DNA of 64,000 nt from Candidatus Saccharimonadales bacterium (lineage in GTDB: Bacteria; Patescibacteriota; Saccharimonadia; Saccharimonadales; 2-12-FULL-41-12): the NCBI GenBank assembly GCA_025451045.1, contig JANWLD010000003.1:133690-197689 (forward strand). Direction: 5' to 3'. Position numbers and translations under genes: made by a program. The stretch's first letter is position 1; the number at the start of each line of letters is the position of its first letter. Shown in pieces: positions 17,554 to 26,700 of this stretch. The notes below the pieces were generated by a model. The model did no database searches. It was not told where the DNA came from and was given only the letters and a program-made list of their open reading frames with translations.

Positions 17554-18645
17554 TTATAAACTGTTGGCTAGTTTGACGAGTTGGTCGTCGCTAAGACGGG
17601 CGTTGCCTTCGACTTTGTACCATTTGCCGCTGTCCACCCAAGTCGCATCGGCGTTATTGTATGTGTAGATAGTGTGCCCGGCGCCTTCGACGGTCTGGTA
17701 ATCTTTGTTTAATGAATCCAGGAAGTTAGCGACGAGCGCTTGGCTGTTCCAGCCGCTGGGCGATTGGATTAGTTCAAAACCTTTATCGTCAGTCCGGGAT
17801 TTGTAAGACAAAGTAACTTTGCCATAATCGGCCACAATCGGGTCGGCAAGGCCGAAACCTGCCGGACTGTAGGCTGGCAGATCAGCCGAGAAACCGGCTT
17901 TGTTGCTAGCCATCTTGACTTTGGCAACCGGCAAAAAATGGTAGACTCCATAACTTGCCAAAAGTAGGATTGATAAGCAGGCCACCGAGTAAGCCAGTTT
18001 GCGGCTTTTTTTGGATTTGGCGGTCTTTTCGACAAAAGTTTCGAGATGCGAAGAGGCTTCATGCATGGCCTTTTCAAACTGGTCGATAACCGGCCAATTA
18101 TTGACTGGCGGAACAGCCTTCGGCCGATGAATCTTAGCGGATTGTTCTTTGACCTCCAGTTTGGTAAGTTTCGGCGTAATGCCTGCTTGTTTCGCGGAAT
18201 GAACCGGATGAAACTTTTTGACCTTACTGCTTTTTGGCGTATGCTTTGCCCGCCACAACCGGTTTTTGTTGACCGGTTTGACTTGTGCCGCCGACGCTAT
18301 GTGTTTTTCGGCTTGGTTATTTTGGGCAGGCTTTTTAACCGCCGGGCGCATCAATGTGGCCGACTTTTCGGGCTTGCGGGCTATATCGGCGTGGGGTTCA
18401 GCGTGTATATGTTCTTTTTTAGTTTCCGGTTCATCCGTTTTGACTTCCACCCTAACCTTAATCGGTTTAGCTTTAGGCTCAGCTGGCCGAGGCCGGCCAA
18501 TCGGTAAATTATCAAGGGCCAATATATCATTTACCAACTGGGCCGGATCCATGCTGATGGCTCCTGCTTCGTCAGATAACAGATTGCCGGTGGCCGCGTT
18601 ATACTGGCGTCCGTTTATTTCGATTACTTTTTTTGCTGGGCTCAA
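17554..18645 (-). CDS. Hypothetical single-pass membrane protein (Lys/Pro-rich cytoplasmic part, folded extracytoplasmic C-terminus)
   Basis: 363-aa ORF with one TM (LAYSVACLSILLLASYGVYHFL); no catalytic motif. Confidence 0.6.
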   Translation of the reverse strand: MSPAKKVIEINGRQYNAATGNLLSDEAGAISMDPAQLVNDILALDNLPIGRPRPAEPKAKPIKVRVEVKTDEPETKKEHIHAEPHADIARKPEKSATLMRPAVKKPAQNNQAEKHIASAAQVKPVNKNRLWRAKHTPKSSKVKKFHPVHSAKQAGITPKLTKLEVKEQSAKIHRPKAVPPVNNWPVIDQFEKAMHEASSHLETFVEKTAKSKKSRKLAYSVACLSILLLASYGVYHFLPVAKVKMASNKAGFSADLPAYSPAGFGLADPIVADYGKVTLSYKSRTDDKGFELIQSPSGWNSQALVANFLDSLNKDYQTVEGAGHTIYTYNNADATWVDSGKWYKVEGNARLSDDQLVKLANSL

Positions 18646-18745
18646 AGTTCCGCCTTTTAAAGTATTTTTGCTTTCTTTGGGATAATCCTTATGTAATTAG
18701 TGTAAAACGATGCCCTCATGCGCGTCAATAAGATAAAATAGTGAC

Positions 18746-20236
18746 ATGGATTTTCTAGATCCGAGGAAAAAGCGCTCCCGTAATATAAGATTGACCATCG
18801 GCCACAGCCTGATGGTGGTTTTAGTGCTCATAGCTACTTATATATTAGTTTTCCGGGCTTATGGCTATGATTATGACCCGAAGACCGGCCAAGTCGTCCA
18901 AGACGGGCTGGTCTATATAGATAGTGCGCCGGACGGAGCGGCTATAAAGCTCAATGGCCAGGACTACAAATCCCAGACCAATACCCGGCTAGCCCTGCCG
19001 GAAGGCAGGTACGAGATGGAAATCAGCAAAAATGGTTATCAGACCTGGAAGCGAAGCTTCGATTTGGACGGCGGCGAAGTATTGCGTTTTGCCTATCCGC
19101 TACTATTTCCGGATAAGCTGGATACTGCCCATTTGCAGGATTTTAAAACCCCTGTTAGCTTTGCCAGCCAGAGTCCAGACCGGCGGTGGATTATTCTGGA
19201 GGAAAAAGACAAGCTTAACGCGATGACGCTGCTTGATCTGGAGAAACGCAGTAATGACAAACCGACCAAAAAGACACTCAATTTTCCAACCGGCCTGTTC
19301 CACGCTGCCTCTGGAAGGCACATTATAAAATTGGTGGAGTGGTCAACCGACAACCGCCATTTACTAGTGAAACATCAGTATAAAGGCGGCTTTGAGTTTT
19401 TGGTGATGGATATCCAGCAACCGACGCTGTCTTATAATGTTGAAAACACATTCAGCCGCGAAGCAGACAGAGTTACCCTGTTTGACAAAAAATTCGACAA
19501 GCTGTTTTTATACAATGCCAAGTCAAAGTCGCTGTTAAGGGCAGATGTCAAAGGCAAGGCGGTTCAGTCGTTTGCCAACGGTGTTATTAGCTATAAATCA
19601 CACGGTGATGACACTTTGCTTTATTCGCGGCCGAATACAACCGATAAGACCAAAGCCGACGTGGTGATGCGCCAAAACAATAAGGATTACGTGATTAAGA
19701 AAATACCGCGCTCTGACGACATACCGCTGGATATCGCCAGATATAGCGGGAGTTGGTATATCGTTGTCGGCGTGCAGAGCGAGCATCGCTCATATGTATA
19801 CCGCGACCCGGTGGATTTAGTACTTAACCGGGGCGAAAGTATTGAGTCGGTTCGGGCCATAGTGCTTAGAAACATCGGTAATATAGACGAAGTTTCCTTT
19901 TCCCAGAATGCGCGATTTATTCTTAGCCATAGCGGCCAGAACTTCAGTATCTATGATGCTGAACTGCAGCAACATTTCAGCTATACGCTTAGTCAGGAGC
20001 TGGACCTTTCCCAGGAGCCATTTTGGATGGACGGCCATCGGCTTATATCAAACAGCGGCGGCAAGATGTTAATATTCGATTATGATGGTATCAATCGGCG
20101 CAGTCTGATAAAAGCCGACGCGGCCTTGCCGGTAATGTTTGACCGCGATTATAAGGAAATGTACAGCCTGAATTCTTCAAAAAAGGGTAAATCCAGCTTG
20201 CTGCTCACCCAGCTTAGATTGCCTGCTGATAGATAA
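18746..20236 (+). CDS. PEGA domain-containing membrane-anchored protein
   Basis: N-terminal TM, then a PEGA-like segment (VYIDSAPDGAAIKLNGQ...LPEGRYEMEISKNGYQ). Confidence 0.7.
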   Translation: MDFLDPRKKRSRNIRLTIGHSLMVVLVLIATYILVFRAYGYDYDPKTGQVVQDGLVYIDSAPDGAAIKLNGQDYKSQTNTRLALPEGRYEMEISKNGYQTWKRSFDLDGGEVLRFAYPLLFPDKLDTAHLQDFKTPVSFASQSPDRRWIILEEKDKLNAMTLLDLEKRSNDKPTKKTLNFPTGLFHAASGRHIIKLVEWSTDNRHLLVKHQYKGGFEFLVMDIQQPTLSYNVENTFSREADRVTLFDKKFDKLFLYNAKSKSLLRADVKGKAVQSFANGVISYKSHGDDTLLYSRPNTTDKTKADVVMRQNNKDYVIKKIPRSDDIPLDIARYSGSWYIVVGVQSEHRSYVYRDPVDLVLNRGESIESVRAIVLRNIGNIDEVSFSQNARFILSHSGQNFSIYDAELQQHFSYTLSQELDLSQEPFWMDGHRLISNSGGKMLIFDYDGINRRSLIKADAALPVMFDRDYKEMYSLNSSKKGKSSLLLTQLRLPADR

Positions 20237-20331
20237 ATAGAGGGGGTTCTTTTTCAAAGAACCAATATGTTCTTGTGGCCAAGAACCAAACCATTCCATT
20301 TTTGAGTCAGCAAAAACGGAATCCAAAAACT

Positions 20332-20471
20332 GACAGCAGGTTGCGAAACGCTGTTGTCTCCAAGTACCAGACCGGCTTGTGAAGCAAAGGACTCCCTTTG
20401 GTCGCCCAGCCCCAGTTATCTAAAGGAGGGGGGCTGGGTTTAGTTTTGCTTCAATGATTCAAACCGGTCTG
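20332..20471. ncRNA. Candidate structured RNA in a 314-bp gap between convergent genes
   Basis: Nested helices: CAGACCGG 20368-20375 with CCGGTCTG 20464-20471; GAAGCAAA 20381-20388 with TTTGCTTC 20445-20452; CCCAGCCCC 20405-20413 with GGGGCTGGG 20430-20438. Also a hairpin at 20332-20358. Confidence 0.3.
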
Positions 20472-20550
20472 ACTGCACCCAACCGGTTTCACAAATGCTG
20501 AAAACCAGAACATTTCACAATGTCCGGACGAAATAATGATAAAAGTATTT

Positions 20551-21741
20551 TTATCTAAGCCAGTCGGTGAGGCGTTGCCAGAGGCTTGGTGAATTGCCGC
20601 CCAATTCAGCCGGTTTGGTTTGGTCATAAACGTCTACGCTGCTGGCTTTGTCTTTGGCCGGGTCCGGGTATATCTGCTCTCCCTGGATTATCATGCGGTT
20701 GACTGACAATCCCGGCGGATCACAGGTAATCAATGTGACGGTAGCTGTCCGGTCAGTCGGATTGAGTACGGATAAGTCCGTCGGGCTGGTGACGTATTTG
20801 TTGAAAACTTTATAAACGTAGCGTTTGCCATTTTTTTGGACGTAGAAAAGATCGCCATTATCCAAACTTTTCAGCAGTAAAAAGGCGAATTTATAACTGC
20901 CGCTGTTGAAAATATTACTGCTGGAATGACCGACAATTACCGCGTTGCCCTTCTCGCCCGGATTTGGCGTTATCGAGTAGTGCACTACGCCTCGTTCCAA
21001 ACCCTTTTGCACCGATTCTTCGCTTAGGGCATTCGCGTCATAAACCACCGGCGCTTCGACATTAATCTTCGGTATGATGATTTTTGACTGCTTGCCGACA
21101 TTGCCGGTGCTGGTCGGGTCGGTGATTATCGAAGTGGCGCTGACATTCTGGTTGGGCCGGATAAAGGGCGTGATGAACCGTTCGTTGAAAAAACTGAACA
21201 AGATGATGAAAAGAAATAACGTGCCCACGCCAAGGCCAAACAGCAACGCGTGGGCGTGGGATTTTTTCTGGTTTTTACGGGCTTGCTCGGCTACATGTTG
21301 CAAAAGCTCCTGCTTTTTCGAAGAGACAGACCTGCCGGCTTTGTTCTCTTCTTCGCGGGCTTTTCTTTCTTTTTCTACTTTCTCAGTCTGGGCGCTTATA
21401 TCATGTTGGTGCGTGGGGCGGCGCTTCTTCGCGTTCTTTTCGTAAAACTCTTGCCAGACGGCATGCTTTTCGCCGTCAGGCAGTTTCTGGTAATAATCGT
21501 GCCAGGCGGTCTGGATTTCGGCCAAACTGCGTCCGGACTTTTCCAGCTCTTCCATGTACTGCTGGTGTTTGGACAGAGCAGACTGATTATTTTTGAGTTT
21601 TTTAATCTCGGATAGTTCTTCGGACGCGTTCGGTTCGCTTTTGTAAAGCGACTGAAGCTTGGCACGCGCTATATTAGCGGCAGCTTCTTTTTGCTGCTTG
21701 ATTTTATCTGAGTCTGATTTCCTTTTTTCGGCTGGATCCAT
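20551..21741 (-). CDS. Sortase-family transpeptidase with a long Lys/Glu-rich N-terminal region
   Basis: TM segment, then VGHSSSN (His), TLITCDPPG (TLxTC Cys) and a downstream Arg (NRMII). Confidence 0.8.
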   Translation of the reverse strand: MDPAEKRKSDSDKIKQQKEAAANIARAKLQSLYKSEPNASEELSEIKKLKNNQSALSKHQQYMEELEKSGRSLAEIQTAWHDYYQKLPDGEKHAVWQEFYEKNAKKRRPTHQHDISAQTEKVEKERKAREEENKAGRSVSSKKQELLQHVAEQARKNQKKSHAHALLFGLGVGTLFLFIILFSFFNERFITPFIRPNQNVSATSIITDPTSTGNVGKQSKIIIPKINVEAPVVYDANALSEESVQKGLERGVVHYSITPNPGEKGNAVIVGHSSSNIFNSGSYKFAFLLLKSLDNGDLFYVQKNGKRYVYKVFNKYVTSPTDLSVLNPTDRTATVTLITCDPPGLSVNRMIIQGEQIYPDPAKDKASSVDVYDQTKPAELGGNSPSLWQRLTDWLR

Positions 21742-21824
21742 AAAGCTACATGCTTAAGTATACACCTTAAGAACACGAATTTTCTCCTTTAGCTATGTTA
21801 CAATTATCTGGTTAATGTTCCTTT

Positions 21825-21911
21825 GGGCGAGTGGCGGAACTGGCAGACGCGCCGGACTCAAAATCCTGTGTCCTTTTGGACGTGTGGGTTCGACTCCCAC
21901 CTCGCCCACCA
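21825..21911 (+). tRNA. tRNA-Leu (anticodon CAA), long variable arm, CCA encoded
   Basis: Acceptor GGGCGAG/CTCGCCC, anticodon loop CTCAAAA, variable arm TGTCCTTTTGGACGT, T-arm GTGGG-TTCGACT-CCCAC. Confidence 0.9.
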
Positions 21912-21975
21912 CGTCAGACCTAATATCAACCCTGCTAGATTTTGCGGGGACCCCGATTTGTTATTATTTAAGTAA

Positions 21976-22227
21976 GTGATTGTAGATATTATTGGTTGGG
22001 TTGGGACTTTGTTGGTAGTTTTGGCTTATTTCTTAGTAAGTACGGAGAAGTTAAAGCCTGTTGAAGCGGCTTATAATTTAATGAATTTTTTCGGTGCAAT
22101 ATTTATTGGAATAAACGTATACCATAATCATGCGTGGCCGGCATTTGGGCTCCAAATTGTATGGGGAGGGGTCGCGATTATAAGCTTGCTTAAGGCAAGG
22201 AAGTTGAAAACTCAAAGCAGGCGGTAG
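21976..22227 (+). CDS. Small 3-TM membrane protein (GTG start)
   Basis: 83 aa with three hydrophobic helices; no function assigned. Confidence 0.55.
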   Translation: MIVDIIGWVGTLLVVLAYFLVSTEKLKPVEAAYNLMNFFGAIFIGINVYHNHAWPAFGLQIVWGGVAIISLLKARKLKTQSRR

Positions 22228-23005
22228 CGAGGGCCTCGAGGGGCTTGGACGAGTTCTGCATCAGCCAGACGGCAGAGGCTGCGGATAATTTAGTATTATC
22301 GATAGTTTTTGCGCGAGTGCTTACCACATTGCCCGCCACTGCTACCCAAATTTGCCCCTCATCTTGGATAACCAAATTTGCCTTGTTCCCTACTGATATT
22401 TGATGGATTATTTCTGCTAGACGAGCCGATGGCGTGGTGGATTTTATCGGTACGCTAAGCCCCAGCGCGATGCCTATTTTTTGCAGCAAAGCACGGTCGA
22501 TTACCAGAGTTAAAGGCATTTTTACCAGTTGCTCGAGATTGATACCAACGCTTAAGATAGCTTCGAGGTTGAGCGTAACTGGCCGCACGGCGCGCAACAA
22601 AAAACCATCGATAATAGTCGTGGTTTCACTGTTTTTGCCAAAATCTCCGGCCAAAAGCACATGTTCTGCCCATTCGCTGCCATTGAACCACTCAGCTAAC
22701 GCTGTGCGGGCAAAACTGCCGCTTTTGTTGCTTGGCGCAAATTCTACCTCTGGGATTATCTGGGCAAGTTTACGCAGGCTTTCCGGCAAAAGTACCCGAA
22801 TATGTCCGGCACCGGCCTTATCTGCCGCCTCGAAAGCACTGGCAACATGGGCGAACTCGCCGCTTTGCCCGCCGATTATCAGTAGCTTGCCGGCATATTT
22901 TTTATTCTCCGGCTTGCTCCAAATCAAATCCTCAAATAACGGTTTTTCACTTTGTTTCTGCCAAAATTCCATAACTGCCCTATAAGCATAGGCGATTATA
23001 GACAA
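22190..23005 (-). CDS. YjeF C-terminal-type carbohydrate kinase fold protein (NAD(P)HX dehydratase-like)
   Basis: LLIIGGQSGEFAHVASAFEAADKAGAGHIRVL resembles the YjeF_C signature; true start may be the internal Met (MEFWQ). Confidence 0.65.
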   Translation of the reverse strand: MSIIAYAYRAVMEFWQKQSEKPLFEDLIWSKPENKKYAGKLLIIGGQSGEFAHVASAFEAADKAGAGHIRVLLPESLRKLAQIIPEVEFAPSNKSGSFARTALAEWFNGSEWAEHVLLAGDFGKNSETTTIIDGFLLRAVRPVTLNLEAILSVGINLEQLVKMPLTLVIDRALLQKIGIALGLSVPIKSTTPSARLAEIIHQISVGNKANLVIQDEGQIWVAVAGNVVSTRAKTIDNTKLSAASAVWLMQNSSKPLEALATACFEFSTSLP

Positions 23006-23036
23006 AAATAGAAATTCATGCTATAATATACCCTTT

Positions 23037-24200
23037 ATGGCCTCAGAACCTAATTCACCGGAGCTTATGCACCCAGGCGAGGACTTTTCTCGTTTTGGGC
23101 ATGCTGTTATTGGCGATCATAAAAATGCTTCAGAGCCTTCCTATAGCTTTCCTCAAGAAGGGCCGGACGACGGTATATTCCCCTGGCCTGAAGGGGGCTC
23201 TGGTACTACTGCAATTCGCTACATCTTTTGGAGACATATAGAGGAAAACGGGGAGGAGCTTGCCAAAGCCATTCAAGGAGCGGATGTGGTGGCTCTTGAA
23301 GCGGTAGCAACAGCCGACCCGAATGACCCGGATTTATCTAACAAAAAAGTCGAAATTCGTACAGATAGAATAATTACAAACCATTTATTGGGAGCGGAAT
23401 TAACTCCTGATGAGGAGCATGTAATAAAAAGAGCGACTAAAAGCGGCCAAGTGCCACCAGAGGAAGAGCGCAAAGCATGGTTTGAAGATTTTGGCCACAT
23501 TGGCCCAGCATATATTAGCTTAATCGGCTCGGGGGTAAGGTGTGAATGGCTGAATGTCGAATATAGGCATTCTTCTAAGATTAGCCGGTTAGAGCAGGAG
23601 GAAGAATCTACACGGCACAAATTCTCGGATCATGTTGTTAACAGCGGTGCAAGTTTTAATAGGTTGATGAATATATCATTTGACGGTATACGGGCACAGT
23701 TTGCTCCACTGGCTTTTCGTGAAAAAATAACAGAAAAACAACTTGAAAAAATAACCCAAAGGTACGCGGGAGCTAATATCGCTGTGGTTTACGGAGCCGC
23801 TCATACTCTTATGAGCCGCATGATAACTATGCCCAATGTGCATATGCAAAGATTATTCCTGCCTGATCATGAAAAACCCAGCCCATATGAATCAATATAT
23901 AAAAATACCCATGCAATTCGTGACATAGTACGTGTTACCGATGTGGCTCCCGAAATCCCGCTTCGCTATCACGTACTCGATAGAATCGTCCTTTATGAGT
24001 TCTCTGGGCGCAGGAAACGTGCAAAAAAGGAAAAATATATCGAGCGTTATAATCGGCTAACCCCTGAAGATAAAGAGAATCTTTTAGAACAAGTCATGCA
24101 GTTATGGCAGGATGAGATTCCTGAAAATAAGCCGGGGTATTATCTAAAAATTCTCAAAAGACACAAGGCTACCAAGAAAATAATAAAAGCTACAATTTGA
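23037..24200 (+). CDS. Hypothetical protein
   Basis: 387-aa ORF; weak resemblance of ADVVALEAV and VVYGAAHTL to TraB/GumN-type motifs, which is not enough for a call. Confidence 0.55.
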   Translation: MASEPNSPELMHPGEDFSRFGHAVIGDHKNASEPSYSFPQEGPDDGIFPWPEGGSGTTAIRYIFWRHIEENGEELAKAIQGADVVALEAVATADPNDPDLSNKKVEIRTDRIITNHLLGAELTPDEEHVIKRATKSGQVPPEEERKAWFEDFGHIGPAYISLIGSGVRCEWLNVEYRHSSKISRLEQEEESTRHKFSDHVVNSGASFNRLMNISFDGIRAQFAPLAFREKITEKQLEKITQRYAGANIAVVYGAAHTLMSRMITMPNVHMQRLFLPDHEKPSPYESIYKNTHAIRDIVRVTDVAPEIPLRYHVLDRIVLYEFSGRRKRAKKEKYIERYNRLTPEDKENLLEQVMQLWQDEIPENKPGYYLKILKRHKATKKIIKATI

Positions 24201-24204
24201 TTTC

Positions 24205-25074
24205 TTAAATAAGCTGGGAAAGTAGGGCGCGGAGGGTGTCGTAGTTACCGCGGTCAGAGGTGGAATGGCCGGCGACGGTCCAGAATATCTCGCTATCCGG
24301 AAGCTTCTGGTGCAAGTCGTAAGCGGCTTTCGGCGGAGTGACAAAATCATAACGTCCTTGAACAATTTTGACTGGAACATTAATCTTGGAAGCGTTATCT
24401 AAGATGTAATTTTCCGGCAAAAACACGTCGTGCTTGAAATATTCGAATTCAATCTTAAGCGGCGTGTCATCGTATTTTTCGCGGTCTAGCGGATAATATC
24501 TGTCGTCCAGCCGATAAAACTGGATAAAAGCCGAGCTGTAAGCAAAGAAATCAATCTTGTCTTTTTTCTGTTTAAGCTGGTTGTATCTTTCCCACGCATC
24601 CGGGTAGAACATACGGTACTTTCCTTCGGTCAGCCATTCAATCTCTTCTTTACTGCACAGCCAAATACCGCCAATGACCATCGATTTGATTTGTGCAGAG
24701 TGCTTAATAGCGTAGCACAGCGCCAAAGTTGAACCCCACGAAGTACCGTGCACATGCCACTTGTCGATTTTGAGCTTGCCGCGGACAAGCTCGATATCTT
24801 CAACCAGCTTCGGCGTAGTATTTTCTTTAAGCGAGCCATATGGCGTGCTGTTGCCCGACCCGCGTTGGTCTAAGAATATTACACGGTGCTTTTTTGGGTT
24901 AAAAAAGCTTTTGAACTTATCCCTGCAGCCAACGCCCGGACCGCCGTGCAGGAATAATATGGGTATTCCATCCGGGCTGCCCCACTCCTGGACATATAGC
25001 TTGTGCAAGCCATCAGCGGTCTTTATATGATGCTCGGCAATAGTAAATTCGTCTTTACTCAGGACCTCGGCCAT
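24205..25074 (-). CDS. pip: Proline iminopeptidase (alpha/beta hydrolase)
   Basis: FLHGGPGVG, DQRGSGNS and nucleophile elbow GTSWGS; start moved to MAEVLSK, which removes the overlap with the upstream gene. Confidence 0.85.
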   Translation of the reverse strand: MAEVLSKDEFTIAEHHIKTADGLHKLYVQEWGSPDGIPILFLHGGPGVGCRDKFKSFFNPKKHRVIFLDQRGSGNSTPYGSLKENTTPKLVEDIELVRGKLKIDKWHVHGTSWGSTLALCYAIKHSAQIKSMVIGGIWLCSKEEIEWLTEGKYRMFYPDAWERYNQLKQKKDKIDFFAYSSAFIQFYRLDDRYYPLDREKYDDTPLKIEFEYFKHDVFLPENYILDNASKINVPVKIVQGRYDFVTPPKAAYDLHQKLPDSEIFWTVAGHSTSDRGNYDTLRALLSQLI

Positions 25075-25081
25075 ATGTTTA

Positions 25082-26260
25082 TTATAAAGCAATACGGGTC
25101 TTGGCGGCTTGCGCCAAAGTTTCCAGCATCCGCGCGGTGGTATCCAGCCCGACACATCCGTCGGTGACGGATTGGCCATAGACTAGTTTCTTGCCGGGTT
25201 CAAGTTTTTGAGCTCCTTCTACAAGATTGCTCTCTATCATTACGCCGCAGATATCAGGACTACCTTCGCTTACCTGACGGGCGACATTTTCAAGGACGGC
25301 TTCCTGATTACGGTAATCTTTGTTGCTGTTAGCATGCGAACAATCAATCATTATCGAAGTATTAAGGCCATTAGCGCGAAGTTTGTCCGTGGTCTCTTTG
25401 ACATGGCTTTTGTCATAATTCGCTCCTTTGCTGCTGCCACGCAGGACAATATGGCAATACGGGTTGCCTTTGGTCTTGATAGAGGCTGATTTACCCTTGA
25501 GATCTATACCTGGGAAAACATGCGATTCTTTGGAGGCGGCAATAGCATCAATGGCTATCTGTACACTGCCGCCGGTGCCGTTTTTGTATCCGACAGGGAA
25601 TGATACCCCGGAAACAAGTTCGCGGTGCAACTGGCTCTCAGTGGTACGGGCACCGATTGCGCCCCATGATACCAAATCGGAGACGTATTGCGGCGTACGG
25701 GTGCTTAACAGTTCGTAAGATACCGGCAAGCCAAGTTCGGTTATGTCGGCCAGAAGTTTTCGCGAAACCCTAAACCCCTTGTTGACATGGTAACTGCCGT
25801 CAAGGTCAGGGTCGTTAATAATTCCTTTCCAGCCGACCGTAGTACGTGGTTTTTCCAGGTATGTACGCATGACGATTTCTAACGTATCAGCGTATTTATC
25901 GCGCTGGCCTTTTAAGAAACGGGCGTATTCCATAGCCGCATCAGCGTCATGGATAGAACATGGGCCAACCACTACCAATAGCCTGCTATCTTTCCGTTCC
26001 GGTCCGACTATTTTTTCTATCGCCCGGCGGCTATTTATCACTGTTTCAGCTGATTTTTCGGATTGCGGGAATTCGCCGATGACTTGCTCAGGGCTGTCCA
26101 GCGGCAATATTTGTTCAATCCTACTATCTGTAAGTATCTGCTCTCTCATACTTTTTCTCTTAATAGATTGTACCTCATCCTCACGGATATCGTAGGGGCG
26201 ATCGGCAACCAATTCCGTTTTTGGTGCTTCTCGCGGCTTGTCTTCGGTTAAAGTTTCCAT
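25082..26260 (-). CDS. aroG: 3-deoxy-7-phosphoheptulonate (DAHP) synthase, class I
   Basis: VVVGPCSIHD, KPRTTVGWKG and IDCSHANS motifs; cannot distinguish the F/G/H isozyme type. Confidence 0.9.
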   Translation of the reverse strand: METLTEDKPREAPKTELVADRPYDIREDEVQSIKRKSMREQILTDSRIEQILPLDSPEQVIGEFPQSEKSAETVINSRRAIEKIVGPERKDSRLLVVVGPCSIHDADAAMEYARFLKGQRDKYADTLEIVMRTYLEKPRTTVGWKGIINDPDLDGSYHVNKGFRVSRKLLADITELGLPVSYELLSTRTPQYVSDLVSWGAIGARTTESQLHRELVSGVSFPVGYKNGTGGSVQIAIDAIAASKESHVFPGIDLKGKSASIKTKGNPYCHIVLRGSSKGANYDKSHVKETTDKLRANGLNTSIMIDCSHANSNKDYRNQEAVLENVARQVSEGSPDICGVMIESNLVEGAQKLEPGKKLVYGQSVTDGCVGLDTTARMLETLAQAAKTRIAL

Positions 26261-26273
26261 AAATTTCTCCTTA

Positions 26274-26306
26274 TAAAATAAAAATCGCCCGCTCTTCAGC
26301 GGACGA
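26274..26306 (-). terminator. Attenuator terminator upstream of DAHP synthase
   Basis: Minus strand: UCGUCCGCU-GAAG-AGCGGGCGA (9 bp, one G.U), then AUUUUUAUUUU; SD AAGGAG and ATG follow within ~25 nt. Confidence 0.7.
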
Positions 26307-26329
26307 GGTGCTTTTTCTTAGTAGTTTAT

Positions 26330-26410
26330 TTAAAACGCAAATTGAGCACTGTCCGCGCTAAGCGGCATAAAGTAAGTGCTAAACCAATACTGTTTTAAAT
26401 ATGTTTTCAC
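26330..26410 (-). CDS. Aromatic-rich leader peptide (V/M)KTYLKQYWFSTYFMPLSADSAQFAF
   Basis: 27-codon ORF from GTG; 8 of 26 residues are Tyr/Trp/Phe; sits between a promoter-like element and the terminator in front of DAHP synthase. Confidence 0.55.
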   Translation of the reverse strand: MKTYLKQYWFSTYFMPLSADSAQFAF

Positions 26411-26417
26411 GATTACT

Positions 26418-26447
26418 ACTATACTACATTTATTTTGCTAATGCAAA
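26418..26447 (-). promoter_or_regulatory. Putative promoter of the aromatic leader
   Basis: TTTGCA (26442-26447), 18-nt spacer, TATAGT (26418-26423), 7 nt, GTG. Confidence 0.4.
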
Positions 26448-26448
26448 C

Positions 26449-26700
26449 CTATCTTTTGAATTTGCGCTTGCCCGACCCGCGAAGTCTTCTCGCGGCTCTA
26501 GTGATCATATCCAGCTCAGGACCCTGTCTTGCCGGCGGCGTTTTCTTATCTTCTTTACGCCGTCCTTTTGGTTCTTCTGAGGCTTCCGAGGCGTCAGGTT
26601 CGGTCGAATCCTTGGCAACTATATCTTCGGCTTCGCCCGTGCTGCCTCTGACTTCAATATCATCATTCCCCAGCATTTCCATATCTATATTATAGCGCAC
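26449..26700 (-). CDS. Hypothetical disordered 83-aa protein (acidic N-terminal half, basic C-terminus)
   Basis: ORF co-oriented with the M20 peptidase gene and overlapping its end by 16 nt; low complexity, so uncertain. Confidence 0.35.
   Translation of the reverse strand: MRYNIDMEMLGNDDIEVRGSTGEAEDIVAKDSTEPDASEASEEPKGRRKEDKKTPPARQGPELDMITRAARRLRGSGKRKFKR

Noticed and set aside
20237-20550. Assignment of the structured gap to SRP RNA, 6S RNA, RNase P RNA or tmRNA
   Set aside because: None of the expected signatures is present on either strand. These include a GNRA-capped helix-8 motif with AGCAGC, GAGGAAAGTCC/ACAGAA-type P4 strands, and a tRNA-like end with GGTTCGAATCC...CCA. I kept it only as an unclassified candidate.
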